DNA of 60,614 bases, from positions 1 to 60,614 of the forward strand of contig CAZBLH010000002.1 of the NCBI GenBank assembly GCA_964492775.1, given 5' to 3'. This document shows, in pieces, positions 10,113 to 18,681 of the stretch. The notes beneath the pieces are model-generated. The model saw only the letters and a list, made by a program, of their open reading frames with translations, had not been told where the DNA came from and ran no database searches. The position numbers and the translations under genes were made by a program. This stretch comes from an uncultured Eubacteriales bacterium (GTDB taxonomy: Bacteria > Actinomycetota > Coriobacteriia > Anaerosomatales > PHET01). Position 1 is the first letter of the stretch, and every line of letters starts with the position of its first letter.

Positions 10113-11058
10113 CATCAGCGGGGTCGTGGCTTCGGCGCTTGCCGAAGATCTTGGGGTCGAGGCCGGTGTGTTCTTGTCGCCGGCGGTCGCACCGTGCGAT
10201 GGACCCGACGTGCGCTGCGCGGACTTGTTGGCTCGCGACGTCACCACGAGTTCGGTCCTCGATGTCGAGGCGGCCCGATCCACTTCTACCTGGATCATCG
10301 CTCCGCGCGTCGACTGTGTGGTGTGTGGTCTGCCCGTCGCCGCCGCCGTCTTCGAGACCCTGAGCCGCTGTGCGCCCGAGCTGCCGCCCGTACGCGTCAG
10401 CCAGTCTGTTGAGGACGGGGCTTGGGTACTCGCCGGCACCGCCGTGGCCGAGATCGAGGGGCCCGCAGCGGTCGTCTTGGCCGCCGAGCGCACCGCTCTC
10501 GACTTCGTGATGGTGCTTTCCGGCATCGCTACCGAGACGCACCGCTGGGTCGAGGCAGCGGCAGGTTCCTTCGACGTCTGCGATACCCGAAAGACCGTCC
10601 CCGGGCTGCGAGCGCTTTCCAAGTACGCGGTTCGGGCCGGCGGAGGAGTCAACCACCGCATGGGCCTGTACGACATGGTGCTTATCAAGGACAACCACCT
10701 GTGCCAAACGGGGGGGATCGCCGAGGCAATCGGCCGCGCCCGTGAGCATGCGGCCCGCATACCCGTGGAGGTTGAGGCCGAGACCGCCACTCAGGCCGCG
10801 GAGGCCGCACGAGCCGGAGCCGACATCATCATGCTCGACAACCTGGCGGGAGCTCAGCTTGCTGCGGCCGTTGAGGCTGCGCGCGCTGCAGCCGCCGAGG
10901 TTGGGCACGAGGTGGTCCTCGAAGCGTCGGGCAACCTTACTTTCGCGCGCCTCCAAGAGCTTCGAGGCTCAGGGATCGACCGGGTGTCTTCGAGTGCGCT
11001 CACGATGGCCGCACCTGTGGATTTCGGGCTCGATGACGCCGTAGACGGGTGCCGCTGA
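10096..11058 (+). CDS. nadC: Quinolinate phosphoribosyltransferase
   Basis: DTRKTVPGLR, NHRMGLYD, IKDNH, IMLDN, EASGN; GTG start after GGAGG. Confidence 0.95.
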   Translation: MLGLPDISGVVASALAEDLGVEAGVFLSPAVAPCDGPDVRCADLLARDVTTSSVLDVEAARSTSTWIIAPRVDCVVCGLPVAAAVFETLSRCAPELPPVRVSQSVEDGAWVLAGTAVAEIEGPAAVVLAAERTALDFVMVLSGIATETHRWVEAAAGSFDVCDTRKTVPGLRALSKYAVRAGGGVNHRMGLYDMVLIKDNHLCQTGGIAEAIGRAREHAARIPVEVEAETATQAAEAARAGADIIMLDNLAGAQLAAAVEAARAAAAEVGHEVVLEASGNLTFARLQELRGSGIDRVSSSALTMAAPVDFGLDDAVDGCR

Positions 11059-11735
11059 TGGAGTGGACGGGTATCGCAGCGGTCGACTGGTTCCTCGGGT
11101 TGCTTGACGCATGGGGTTATCTGATCGTTGCCGGCTTCACCATCTTCGAGAACATCTTCATCGTAGGCTCGTTCACGCCCGGCGAGACGGTCGTGATAGC
11201 GGCTGCAGCCGTGTCCTCGAAGGGACACCTCCTACTCTGGGGCGTGTGGGCGTCTTCGGTGATCGGCACGATCGTGGGGAGTAATCTCAGCTACTGGGGT
11301 GGTCGTGCCGCCGGTATCGAGGGAGTCCGGGGCGTCATCGAGCGGCTTGCGGTGACGCGCACCGGCAAGATCCTGCGCATCGATCCCGCGGGTATCGAGG
11401 AGATCCGCCACCACTTCCACACCGATGGAGCGCGTACGGTGCTGATTGCGCGATTCGCCATCGGCGTCAAGAACTGGGTCCCGGCGATGGCCGGCGCGAT
11501 GCACATGCCGGTGCGGTGGTTCCAGCTGTACACGGTGATCGGCGCCGTGCTCTACACCTCGCTCATGTGCGCGATCGGCTGGTTCCTTGCCGAGAACTTC
11601 GACCGGGCACTCTCAGTCGCCTCCGGCGTCGGCTGGGCCGGGCTCGGGATCATGGCGTTGTTTGTCGGCGCAATCTGGCTTGGCCGCAAGCGCTACAAGA
11701 AGACGCACGAGGTTCATCACGATGAGCACACGTGA
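11058..11735 (+). CDS. DedA family membrane protein
   Basis: FEN..IVGSFTPGETV, G..VGSNLSYWGGR, ARFAIGVK motifs. Confidence 0.9.
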   Translation: MEWTGIAAVDWFLGLLDAWGYLIVAGFTIFENIFIVGSFTPGETVVIAAAAVSSKGHLLLWGVWASSVIGTIVGSNLSYWGGRAAGIEGVRGVIERLAVTRTGKILRIDPAGIEEIRHHFHTDGARTVLIARFAIGVKNWVPAMAGAMHMPVRWFQLYTVIGAVLYTSLMCAIGWFLAENFDRALSVASGVGWAGLGIMALFVGAIWLGRKRYKKTHEVHHDEHT

Positions 11736-12681
11736 CGATGTGCTCTCGGCGCTTCGCGACTCTGGTGACGCGGGGGTCAGCGGGCAGGTGGTCGCCGATG
11801 GGCTCGGCATCTCACGGGTGGCAGTCTCCAAGCACGTGGCGGCGCTCAGGCGCGCGGGCTACGAGATCGATGCGCATGCAGGTCACGGGTACCGCCTGAT
11901 AGCCTCCCCGGCGTTGCCCATCCCGACCGAGGTCGCACCGCTGCTGCACGATCCGTTCTGGGCGCGTGTCGAAGGCGCCGAGGTCACAGGTTCCACGAAT
12001 GATGACGCACGCACTCTTGCCGAGAAGGGTGCCCCGGAGGGGACGGTCGTCATTGCGGCACGGCAGACGGCCGGTCGCGGGCGCTTCGGACGGACCTGGG
12101 AGTCCCCGGCCGGCGGAATGTACGCTTCGGTCGTTCTGCGCCCACAGTGCGCGCTGTCCGAGCTCGCACCGGTCCCGCTTGTCATCGCGGTCGGTGTCGC
12201 CGACGGACTTGCGTCACTCGGAGCCCAGCCCCAGCTGAAATGGCCGAATGACGTGCTGCTCGGCGGGCGAAAGGTCGCGGGCGTACTGCTTGAGATGTCA
12301 GGACAGCCCGATCATGCCGAGTGGCTCGTCGCCGGCATCGGCGTGAACATCGCCTCGGAGGGTTCGGTAGTTCCCGAAGATGCGGGAGCGTTCACCGCCC
12401 AGCTTGGTGAGGTGCGTCCTGCCGAGGTCGCGGCGGTCATTCTCGACAGCATCGCCGCAGCGTACCGCCAGTGGGTAGTGAGCGGGTTCTCAGCAGCGGC
12501 GAACAGGTTCGCCGAGCTGGATGCGTTGGCAGGGAGCGAGCTTGCCGTGCGCGACCTGACCGGGGCCGTCGTGGCCACGGGCGTTGCCGCGGGCATCGAT
12601 GACGCGGGGCGCCTGCTGCTGCGCGCAGCCTCTGGTGGGGTCCAGCGCATCGCCAGCGGAGAGGTCACGCTGCGCTCGTAG
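11722..12681 (+). CDS. birA: Bifunctional biotin ligase/repressor (class II, N-terminal wHTH)
   Basis: SGQVVADGLGISRVAVSKHV HTH, STND, QTAGRGRFGRTW, KWPND, KVAGVL. Confidence 0.96.
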   Translation: MSTRDDVLSALRDSGDAGVSGQVVADGLGISRVAVSKHVAALRRAGYEIDAHAGHGYRLIASPALPIPTEVAPLLHDPFWARVEGAEVTGSTNDDARTLAEKGAPEGTVVIAARQTAGRGRFGRTWESPAGGMYASVVLRPQCALSELAPVPLVIAVGVADGLASLGAQPQLKWPNDVLLGGRKVAGVLLEMSGQPDHAEWLVAGIGVNIASEGSVVPEDAGAFTAQLGEVRPAEVAAVILDSIAAAYRQWVVSGFSAAANRFAELDALAGSELAVRDLTGAVVATGVAAGIDDAGRLLLRAASGGVQRIASGEVTLRS

Positions 12682-12711
12682 GCGCCAGCTCGGCCCGTCC
12701 GCAGTGGCACA

Positions 12712-12768
12712 TTGACTGAGCGAGGGGACCTCCCATACTGTTAACCAGCCAATTGGCACAGTTAACAG
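12712..12768 (+). promoter_or_regulatory. bioY promoter overlapped by a BirA operator
   Basis: TTGACT (12712)-N16-CATACT (12734); palindrome CTGTTAAC-N15-GTTAACAG (12738-12768) matches the BirA consensus TGTwAAC-N14/15-GTTwACA. Confidence 0.88.
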
Positions 12769-12830
12769 CGGCTCGGATCGCGCCAAGCTCGAAGAACTTG
12801 ACCCTGGTGCTCGGGCAGACGGGAGCGGGT

Positions 12831-13403
12831 ATGGTTCGTACGCGGCAGCAGACCGGCGAGATGGTGACGGCATCGCTCGTGACAGCGCTCATGGGCGCGG
12901 CCGCGTACATCACCCTTCCTGTCGGCGCGGTTCCCGTCACCCTGCAGGTCTTCGTGGTCGTTCTCGCGTCGCTGTTGTTGACCGCACCATGGGCGGGGGC
13001 GTCGATGGTGCTCTACCTCGCCCTCGGAGCAGCAGGGCTGCCCGTGTTCTCCGGTGCACAGGGGGGCGTGGGCGTGCTCGCCGGGCCGACGGGCGGCTAC
13101 CTTGTGGGCTTTGCCGTCGCGGCGCCCACAGCAGCGATGTTGCGGACGCTCGTTGCGCGTCGACGACCGGGGGGCATCGCGGATGCCATTGCGGCGACCG
13201 TAGCCATCCTGATCATCTACGCGATCGGGACGGTTCAGCTCGCGCTCGTCACCGGCATGGGGATGGGTGCTGCCGTATTGGTGGGCGCCGTGCCCTTCGT
13301 GCTGCCCGATGCGCTGAAGGCGGCCGCATCCATCGCTGTAGCGGGAGCGGTTCGGCGTGCGCGCGGACCGATTACTCGGGCAGAGCGGGCAGCGACACGG
13401 TGA
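12831..13403 (+). CDS. bioY: Biotin ECF transporter S-component
   Basis: VPVTLQ, YLALGAAGLPVFSG, GPTGGYLVGF, PFVLPD.LK; next to birA. Confidence 0.95.
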   Translation: MVRTRQQTGEMVTASLVTALMGAAAYITLPVGAVPVTLQVFVVVLASLLLTAPWAGASMVLYLALGAAGLPVFSGAQGGVGVLAGPTGGYLVGFAVAAPTAAMLRTLVARRRPGGIADAIAATVAILIIYAIGTVQLALVTGMGMGAAVLVGAVPFVLPDALKAAASIAVAGAVRRARGPITRAERAATR

Positions 13404-14421
13404 AGCAGGTGCCGCCTTCGGGCCGGTTTGCGGCCCCGATGGTGCCGCCGTGTGACGTGACGATCGCCCGCACGATGGCCAGCCCGAGACCAGCGCCGCC
13501 GCGGCTGCGCGTCCGCGCGGTGTCCGAGCGGTAGAAGCGGTCGAACAGCCGCTCGATGTCGGCGTCGGGGATGCCGGGGCCGTCGTCCTTGATCTCGATG
13601 ACGGAGTTGCCGTTCTCGGCCGCTATCCGCACCCAGATGTGTCCTCCGTCGCCGACCATGCGGCTGCCGTTGTCGATGATGTTCGCGATGACTTGCTGGA
13701 GCCTATCGGCGTCGCCGAGCACGTGGGGCGCTGTCCCGATGACCTCGACGGCGACCCCTCGGTCCTCGAGCAGCGGCTCGAGCATGGTCACCGCGCGCTG
13801 CACCACATCAGCGACATCAACGCGCCTGAACGGGAGTTCTCCGGTTGCGCCCTCGATGCGCTGAAGCTGAAGCAGGTCGTTCGCAAGCCGAGTCAGCCGC
13901 GACGCCTCGGTGGCGATGGTCGAGAGGAAGCGTTCCTGGTCCTCGGCGGCGACACCGCCGTCGAGCAGTGTCTCGGCAGCTCCGCGGATGGCGGTGAGCG
14001 GGGTCCTCAGCTCGTGGCTCACGTCTGACACGAACTGGGTCTTTCGGCGCTCCTCGCTCGTGAGCTCCTCCATCGCGGAGGAGACGTCGTCGGCCATGCG
14101 GTTGAAGGAGTCGGCAATTACGCGGACCTCTCTCGGCCCGCGGACCTCGGCGCGCCTCAGGCGGTCACCGGCCGAGAAGGACGCCGAGACGGCCGCGAGC
14201 TGCTCGAGGGGCGCCGCAGCTCGCCGAGCGAACGCTGCCGCGAACGGCCACGCGAGCACGCAGGCGGCGCCGACCGCTGTCGCCATGACCGGAAGCAGCC
14301 GCCGGATGTCGCCGCCATCGACGAGCGCCATTCCGAGCGTCACGAGCGCGCAGGCGATCGCACCGCTACCCGCCGCGACGATCACGGCACGGGTGATCCG
14401 ACCGCGCAGGCTGCCTCGCAT
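13372..14421 (-). CDS. Membrane sensor histidine kinase (2 TM, HAMP, HisKA, HATPase)
   Basis: VSHELRTPLTAI, NIIDNG, DDGPGI, GAGLGLAI; very short loop between the TM helices. Confidence 0.94.
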   Translation of the reverse strand: MRGSLRGRITRAVIVAAGSGAIACALVTLGMALVDGGDIRRLLPVMATAVGAACVLAWPFAAAFARRAAAPLEQLAAVSASFSAGDRLRRAEVRGPREVRVIADSFNRMADDVSSAMEELTSEERRKTQFVSDVSHELRTPLTAIRGAAETLLDGGVAAEDQERFLSTIATEASRLTRLANDLLQLQRIEGATGELPFRRVDVADVVQRAVTMLEPLLEDRGVAVEVIGTAPHVLGDADRLQQVIANIIDNGSRMVGDGGHIWVRIAAENGNSVIEIKDDGPGIPDADIERLFDRFYRSDTARTRSRGGAGLGLAIVRAIVTSHGGTIGAANRPEGGTCFTVSLPALPE

Positions 14422-14423
14422 AT

Positions 14424-15131
14424 CTAGCTCGCCCTGAATCGGTAGCCGTAGCCGCGGACGGTCTCGACGATCGCCGCGTCAAGCCCTGCGGCCTCCAACT
14501 TGTCGCGCAGGCGCTTGACGTGGGTATCGACGGTCTTCGTCTCCACGAGGTACTCCCAGTCCCACGCCTCCCGGAGCAGCTGGTCACGGGAGAGCACCTT
14601 GCCCGCATGGCGCATCAGGCAGGCGAGGAGTTCGAACTCGCGTGGCGTCAGGTCGATTGCCGTTCCCCGATCGGTGACGGCCTCGTGCGAGGCCTCGTCG
14701 AGCACGACCCCCGAGATCTCCATGCGCTCCGAAGGCCCCTGGACATCTCGGCCGCCTGGCTGACCTCGACGCAGCAGCGCCTTGACCCGCGCGACGAGCT
14801 CGCGCACGCCGAACGGCTTCGCAAGGTAATCGTCGCCGCCGATCTCCAGGCCGACGACCTTGTCGAGTTCGGTATCTCGCGCCGAGAGGAACAGCACCGG
14901 CACGCTTGAGAGTGAACGGAGGCGGCGGCAGACCTCGTAGCCGTCCATTCCTGGCAGCATCACGTCGAGCACGACGAGGTCGAAGTCCTTCTTGCGCGCC
15001 AGCTCGAGCGCGCTGTCGCCATCTCCCGCGACGTCGACCTCCCAGCCCTCCTTGCGCAGGTTGTAGCTCACGAACTCGGTGATGGAGGGCTCGTCGTCGA
15101 CGACGAGGATGCGGGCGGATGTCTCAGTCAT
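14424..15131 (-). CDS. OmpR/PhoB-family response regulator
   Basis: ILVVDDE, LDVMLP, DDYLAKPF, LTPREFELL, VDTHVKRLRDK, TVRGYGY; ATG at 15131 after AGGAG. Confidence 0.95.
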   Translation of the reverse strand: MTETSARILVVDDEPSITEFVSYNLRKEGWEVDVAGDGDSALELARKKDFDLVVLDVMLPGMDGYEVCRRLRSLSSVPVLFLSARDTELDKVVGLEIGGDDYLAKPFGVRELVARVKALLRRGQPGGRDVQGPSERMEISGVVLDEASHEAVTDRGTAIDLTPREFELLACLMRHAGKVLSRDQLLREAWDWEYLVETKTVDTHVKRLRDKLEAAGLDAAIVETVRGYGYRFRAS

Positions 15132-15288
15132 ATGCTGACTCCTGAAGACGTGTCGGAGGACGTCGGCCGTCGGGCCAATCGTCGCGGGCTTGTCACCCGT
15201 TTGACCGCGACCGATGATAGCATCGTTACCCGAGCGGCCCTGGTCTGCCGTCACCGTGCCGTCACCGGATCCTGTGTCAGGAGAACCA

Positions 15289-16053
15289 GTGCTTCTAGCC
15301 GTAGATGTGGGAAACACGCAGAGCGTGCTCGGCTTGTTCGACGAGGACGAACTCGTCGCAACATGGCGAATCTCGTCCAATCCCGGCCTGACAGGTGACG
15401 AGCTGCGAGTCAAGACCGCCGGGCTGTTGGCGCTCTCCGGTCGCGGGTGGGCCGAGGTGCACGAGGTCATCCTCGCCTCCGTCGTGCCGCGCCTGACGCA
15501 CGTCTGGGAGGATGCGGTACTTGAGGCGACCGGGACCTCAACGCTCGTCGTGGGGCCGGGACTCAAGACCGGGATGCCTATCCGGTACGACAATCCCCAC
15601 GAGGTCGGCGCCGATCGCATCGTCAACGGCATCGCTGCCTACCGGGACTTTGGCGGTCCCGTCATCGTCGTGGACTTTGGCACGGCGACCACGCTGGACG
15701 TGATCACGGAAGATGGGGCGTACCTCGGCGGTACGATCTCACCGGGGCTCGAGACGAGTGCTGAGGCGCTGTTCACCAAGGCGGCGCGGTTGTCCAAGGT
15801 CGATCTCGACCCGCCTGAGCGCGTGATCGGTACGAACACCCGCGCCTCGGTGCAGGCGGGTCTGCTTCTTGGCGAGGTCGAGCGGGTGGACGGTCTCGTG
15901 CGCCGTGTATGGCGCGAACTCGGGCGGGAGACGACGGTGGTGGCTACCGGTGGGCTTGCGCCCACGCTCGCCCCTCTGTGCGCGACGGTCGAACACGTCG
16001 ATGTGGACCTCACGCTCAAGGGGTTGCGCATGGTGCGTGACCTGAACCGCTAA
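15289..16053 (+). CDS. coaX: Type III pantothenate kinase
   Basis: LLAVDVGNT, ASVVP, EVGADR, VDFGTATT, VATGG. Confidence 0.96.
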   Translation: MLLAVDVGNTQSVLGLFDEDELVATWRISSNPGLTGDELRVKTAGLLALSGRGWAEVHEVILASVVPRLTHVWEDAVLEATGTSTLVVGPGLKTGMPIRYDNPHEVGADRIVNGIAAYRDFGGPVIVVDFGTATTLDVITEDGAYLGGTISPGLETSAEALFTKAARLSKVDLDPPERVIGTNTRASVQAGLLLGEVERVDGLVRRVWRELGRETTVVATGGLAPTLAPLCATVEHVDVDLTLKGLRMVRDLNR

Positions 16054-16098
16054 CCAAGGCTCGCTGCCGGCAAACATGCGTCCGGGTGCTGCCCGGCG

Positions 16099-16127
16099 TA
16101 TACTCCTGTAGACATTATTGTGTACAG
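16099..16127 (+). promoter_or_regulatory. -10 box followed by a candidate autorepressor operator
   Basis: TATACT at 16099-16104, then CTGTAGACA-TTAT-TGTGTACAG (9-bp arms, one mismatch) at 16106-16127. Confidence 0.6.
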
Positions 16128-16141
16128 CCCGGGAGCGATTC

Positions 16142-16768
16142 ATGCGACTGTTCCGCATCGGCGACAAGGTGGTGAGCCGAGAGAAGCTCTTCGATGCGGT
16201 CGAGGCCATCTTGGAGGACCGCGAGTCCGGCGCGACCCAGGAGGAGGCGGCACGCCGACACGACGTGCAGCGCTCGTTCGTCTCGTTTCTCGAAACGCTC
16301 GGCGAAGTCCGACGAGGACCCCGGGTGGCTTTGGTCGCCTTTCCTGTCGTGAATGTTGATGAGGTTCGCGCTCTGGCGTCGTCGTACTCCCTCGATTTTG
16401 TCTTGGTCCTGAGCCAGTCGGACAGGGAGTCAATCGAGTCTGGAGATGCGACCGGAATCTTCAACCAGTTGCTTGAGACGCTCGCTGCTCTGCGCGATTT
16501 CGACACGGTCATCATCGCCGCGAGCGACTGGCGAGTGGCGACCATTGAACGGATTCTCGGCACCGAGGTTGTGAGCATGCCGCTCGGCCAGTCGCCGTTG
16601 CGCGAAGACGTGAAGCTCGACCTCGGTGAGTTGGAGCGTGTCCTGTCGGCAGTGATGAGCCGGTCGCCCTCGCGGTCGCGGGGCCGGACTGGACGAGTAG
16701 GGCGCGCGATAAAGGATGTCGCGGATGTGGCCGGGAGGTGGACGCAATCAAGGAAGTCGTCGGCATAA
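16142..16768 (+). CDS. Putative HTH transcriptional regulator of an uncharacterised conserved family
   Basis: GATQEEAARRHDVQRSFVSFLE is HTH-like; RIGDK..S.EK and LGEVRRG..VAL..FP recalled from a family of hypothetical regulators. Confidence 0.65.
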   Translation: MRLFRIGDKVVSREKLFDAVEAILEDRESGATQEEAARRHDVQRSFVSFLETLGEVRRGPRVALVAFPVVNVDEVRALASSYSLDFVLVLSQSDRESIESGDATGIFNQLLETLAALRDFDTVIIAASDWRVATIERILGTEVVSMPLGQSPLREDVKLDLGELERVLSAVMSRSPSRSRGRTGRVGRAIKDVADVAGRWTQSRKSSA

Positions 16769-17721
16769 GCATTGGATCTTCTCGGCGGGACCACAGCGTG
16801 GAGGTCCAGCTGTTCGGAGAGACGTTCCGCATACGCAGGGAAGGAACGGACGGCGATCTGGATGCCGCCGCCGCGCGCATCGCTGAGCTCGATGGGAAGG
16901 TCGACGCGTTCGGGCTTGGAGGCATCGATCTGTACCTGCACGCCGCGGGGCACGACTACTACTTCCGTGAGGCGAAGCGGTTCCGTGCTGCCGCCCAGAA
17001 GACGCCCATCGTCGACGGGTCGGGGCTCAAGGGGGCGGTTGAGGGCGATGTCGTGCGCTTCCTTGCCGAGGACCTTGGACTCGAACTCGCGGGCAAGCGG
17101 GTCCTGGTGACCTCCGCGGTAGACCGCTGGGGCATGGCCATGGCCTTTGCCGACGCCGGGTGCGAGATGACCTACGCGGATCTGCTGTACGCGCTCTCGA
17201 TCCCCATGATGATCCACAAGAAGCCCACGCTCGAGCGGGTGGTGCACGCCATGGCGCCGCTTGCCGTCCAGCTGCCCTTCAAGTGGTTGTACGAGTCAGA
17301 GGCAGATGACACGACGGCAACCAAGTCGAACAGCCCTCATTCGAGTCTGTACAAGGAAGCCGACATCATCGCCGGCGACTTCAAGTACGTGCGCCGGTAC
17401 ATGCCCGATGACATGTCCGGCAAGTGGGTTGTGACCAACACCACGACGCCTGAGGACATCGAGTTCCTGCGTTCGCGGGGAGTGAGCCTGCTCGTGACCT
17501 CGACCCCGCGCCTTGCGGGCCGAAGCTTCGGGACAAACATCATCGAGGCGACGATGGTCGCTCTTGAGGGAACCAGGCAATCCTTGGCCCCGGAGCGCTA
17601 CATGGAGCTGCTGCGCGCAACCGGGTTTACGCCTGATTTCCGGTGGCTGAACGAAGGGCCGCCGATCGGTGCCAGCGAGCCTGAGGTATCTGCTGTCGCA
17701 CCACTGCCGTCCTCGGCATGA
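16738..17721 (+). CDS. Conserved uncharacterised enzyme-like protein (homologues often auto-annotated 'quinate 5-dehydrogenase')
   Basis: SIGSSRRDH, GTDGD, DAFGLGG, PIVDGSGLK, GRSFGTN; family name is from recollection, function not established. Confidence 0.6.
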   Translation: MDAIKEVVGISIGSSRRDHSVEVQLFGETFRIRREGTDGDLDAAAARIAELDGKVDAFGLGGIDLYLHAAGHDYYFREAKRFRAAAQKTPIVDGSGLKGAVEGDVVRFLAEDLGLELAGKRVLVTSAVDRWGMAMAFADAGCEMTYADLLYALSIPMMIHKKPTLERVVHAMAPLAVQLPFKWLYESEADDTTATKSNSPHSSLYKEADIIAGDFKYVRRYMPDDMSGKWVVTNTTTPEDIEFLRSRGVSLLVTSTPRLAGRSFGTNIIEATMVALEGTRQSLAPERYMELLRATGFTPDFRWLNEGPPIGASEPEVSAVAPLPSSA

Positions 17722-17787
17722 GGGTTGCTTCGAGCAGGCATGAGCAGCGCTGCGGGCGCAGGGCTATTTCCGTGACGCGCATGCTCG

Positions 17788-17839
17788 GAGATGTTAGAAT
17801 TCGGGCGTTCAGGTAAGCAGTGGTTCGGACGGTGCGTTG
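17788..17839 (+). promoter_or_regulatory. ccm operon extended -10 promoter and conserved leader start
   Basis: TGnTAGAAT at 17792-17800; GAGATG-N-TAGAAT-N6-GTTCAGG and GGTGCGTT shared with the hemA upstream region. Confidence 0.7.
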
Positions 17840-17909
17840 ACGGGTCGCTTGCGCGCGACGTCTACCACGCTGTTCTGCGGCCAGAGTGCCGCATGGTAAA
17901 GGAGCTGTC

Positions 17910-18587
17910 GTGAACAAGCGTGCACGTACGCGACTGATCGGTGTCACCGCCATCATCCTGATCGCCGTTGCGGCGATCTTCCTCGCCGGCGGGAACAAGA
18001 CCGCCGCCTACTACAAGACGGTTGAAGAAGCAGCTGCCGACGACACACTCGTCGGTGAGCGCGTCAAAGTCGGTGGGGCCGTTGTTCCCGGCTCTTGGGA
18101 CCGCAAGTCGAACCCCATGACCTTCACAATCCGCGACGAGAGCGACACGTCCGGCACGGGCGCGACCGTGCGCGTCGTCTACAACGGCTCGGTCCCCAGC
18201 ACGTTTGGTGACGGGGTCGTGGCGATCGTCACCGGCGAGCTCGACCAGTCTCGCACCATCGCCGCGGACGAGATGATCACCAAGTGTCCGTCCAAGTACG
18301 AGTCGGCCGAGGGCTCGATGCCCGTGCAGGATCTTGTCGGCAAGGGTGACTCGATGGTCGGCACGACCGTCAAGGCGTCCGGCATCATCAAGGCTGGCTC
18401 CATCGTTCCGCCGGGCGGTGAGTCCCGCTTCGTCCTCACGTCCGAGGGGTCTGGCGGTATCGAGATCCGGGTTGCCTACGATGGCGCGTTGCCCGATGGC
18501 ATGAAGGATGGTTCTGAGGTAGTTGTGACAGGCGCACTCGAAGCGGACGGTGTCTTCGTCGCCACGGGCGTGGCGCTTGCGGAGTAA
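17910..18587 (+). CDS. ccmE: Heme chaperone CcmE, CxxxY variant, with a second CcmE-like domain
   Basis: N-terminal TM, GERVKVGGAVVPGS, VVYNGSVPSTFGDG, KCPSKY (CPSKY at 18285-18299). Confidence 0.9.
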   Translation: MNKRARTRLIGVTAIILIAVAAIFLAGGNKTAAYYKTVEEAAADDTLVGERVKVGGAVVPGSWDRKSNPMTFTIRDESDTSGTGATVRVVYNGSVPSTFGDGVVAIVTGELDQSRTIAADEMITKCPSKYESAEGSMPVQDLVGKGDSMVGTTVKASGIIKAGSIVPPGGESRFVLTSEGSGGIEIRVAYDGALPDGMKDGSEVVVTGALEADGVFVATGVALAE

Positions 18588-18597
18588 GAATGTGTCA

Positions 18598-18634
18598 ACC
18601 AAGATGCCCCGTGCAGCGCGCGGGGCATCTTGGT
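18598..18634 (+). other. Intercistronic hairpin between ccmE and ccmF
   Basis: Perfect 14-bp inverted repeat ACCAAGATGCCCCG-N9-CGGGGCATCTTGGT. Confidence 0.7.
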
Positions 18635-18681
18635 GTGGGAATGCGCTTTCTCAGTACACCTTGAGCTAGACAGGAGACCAG

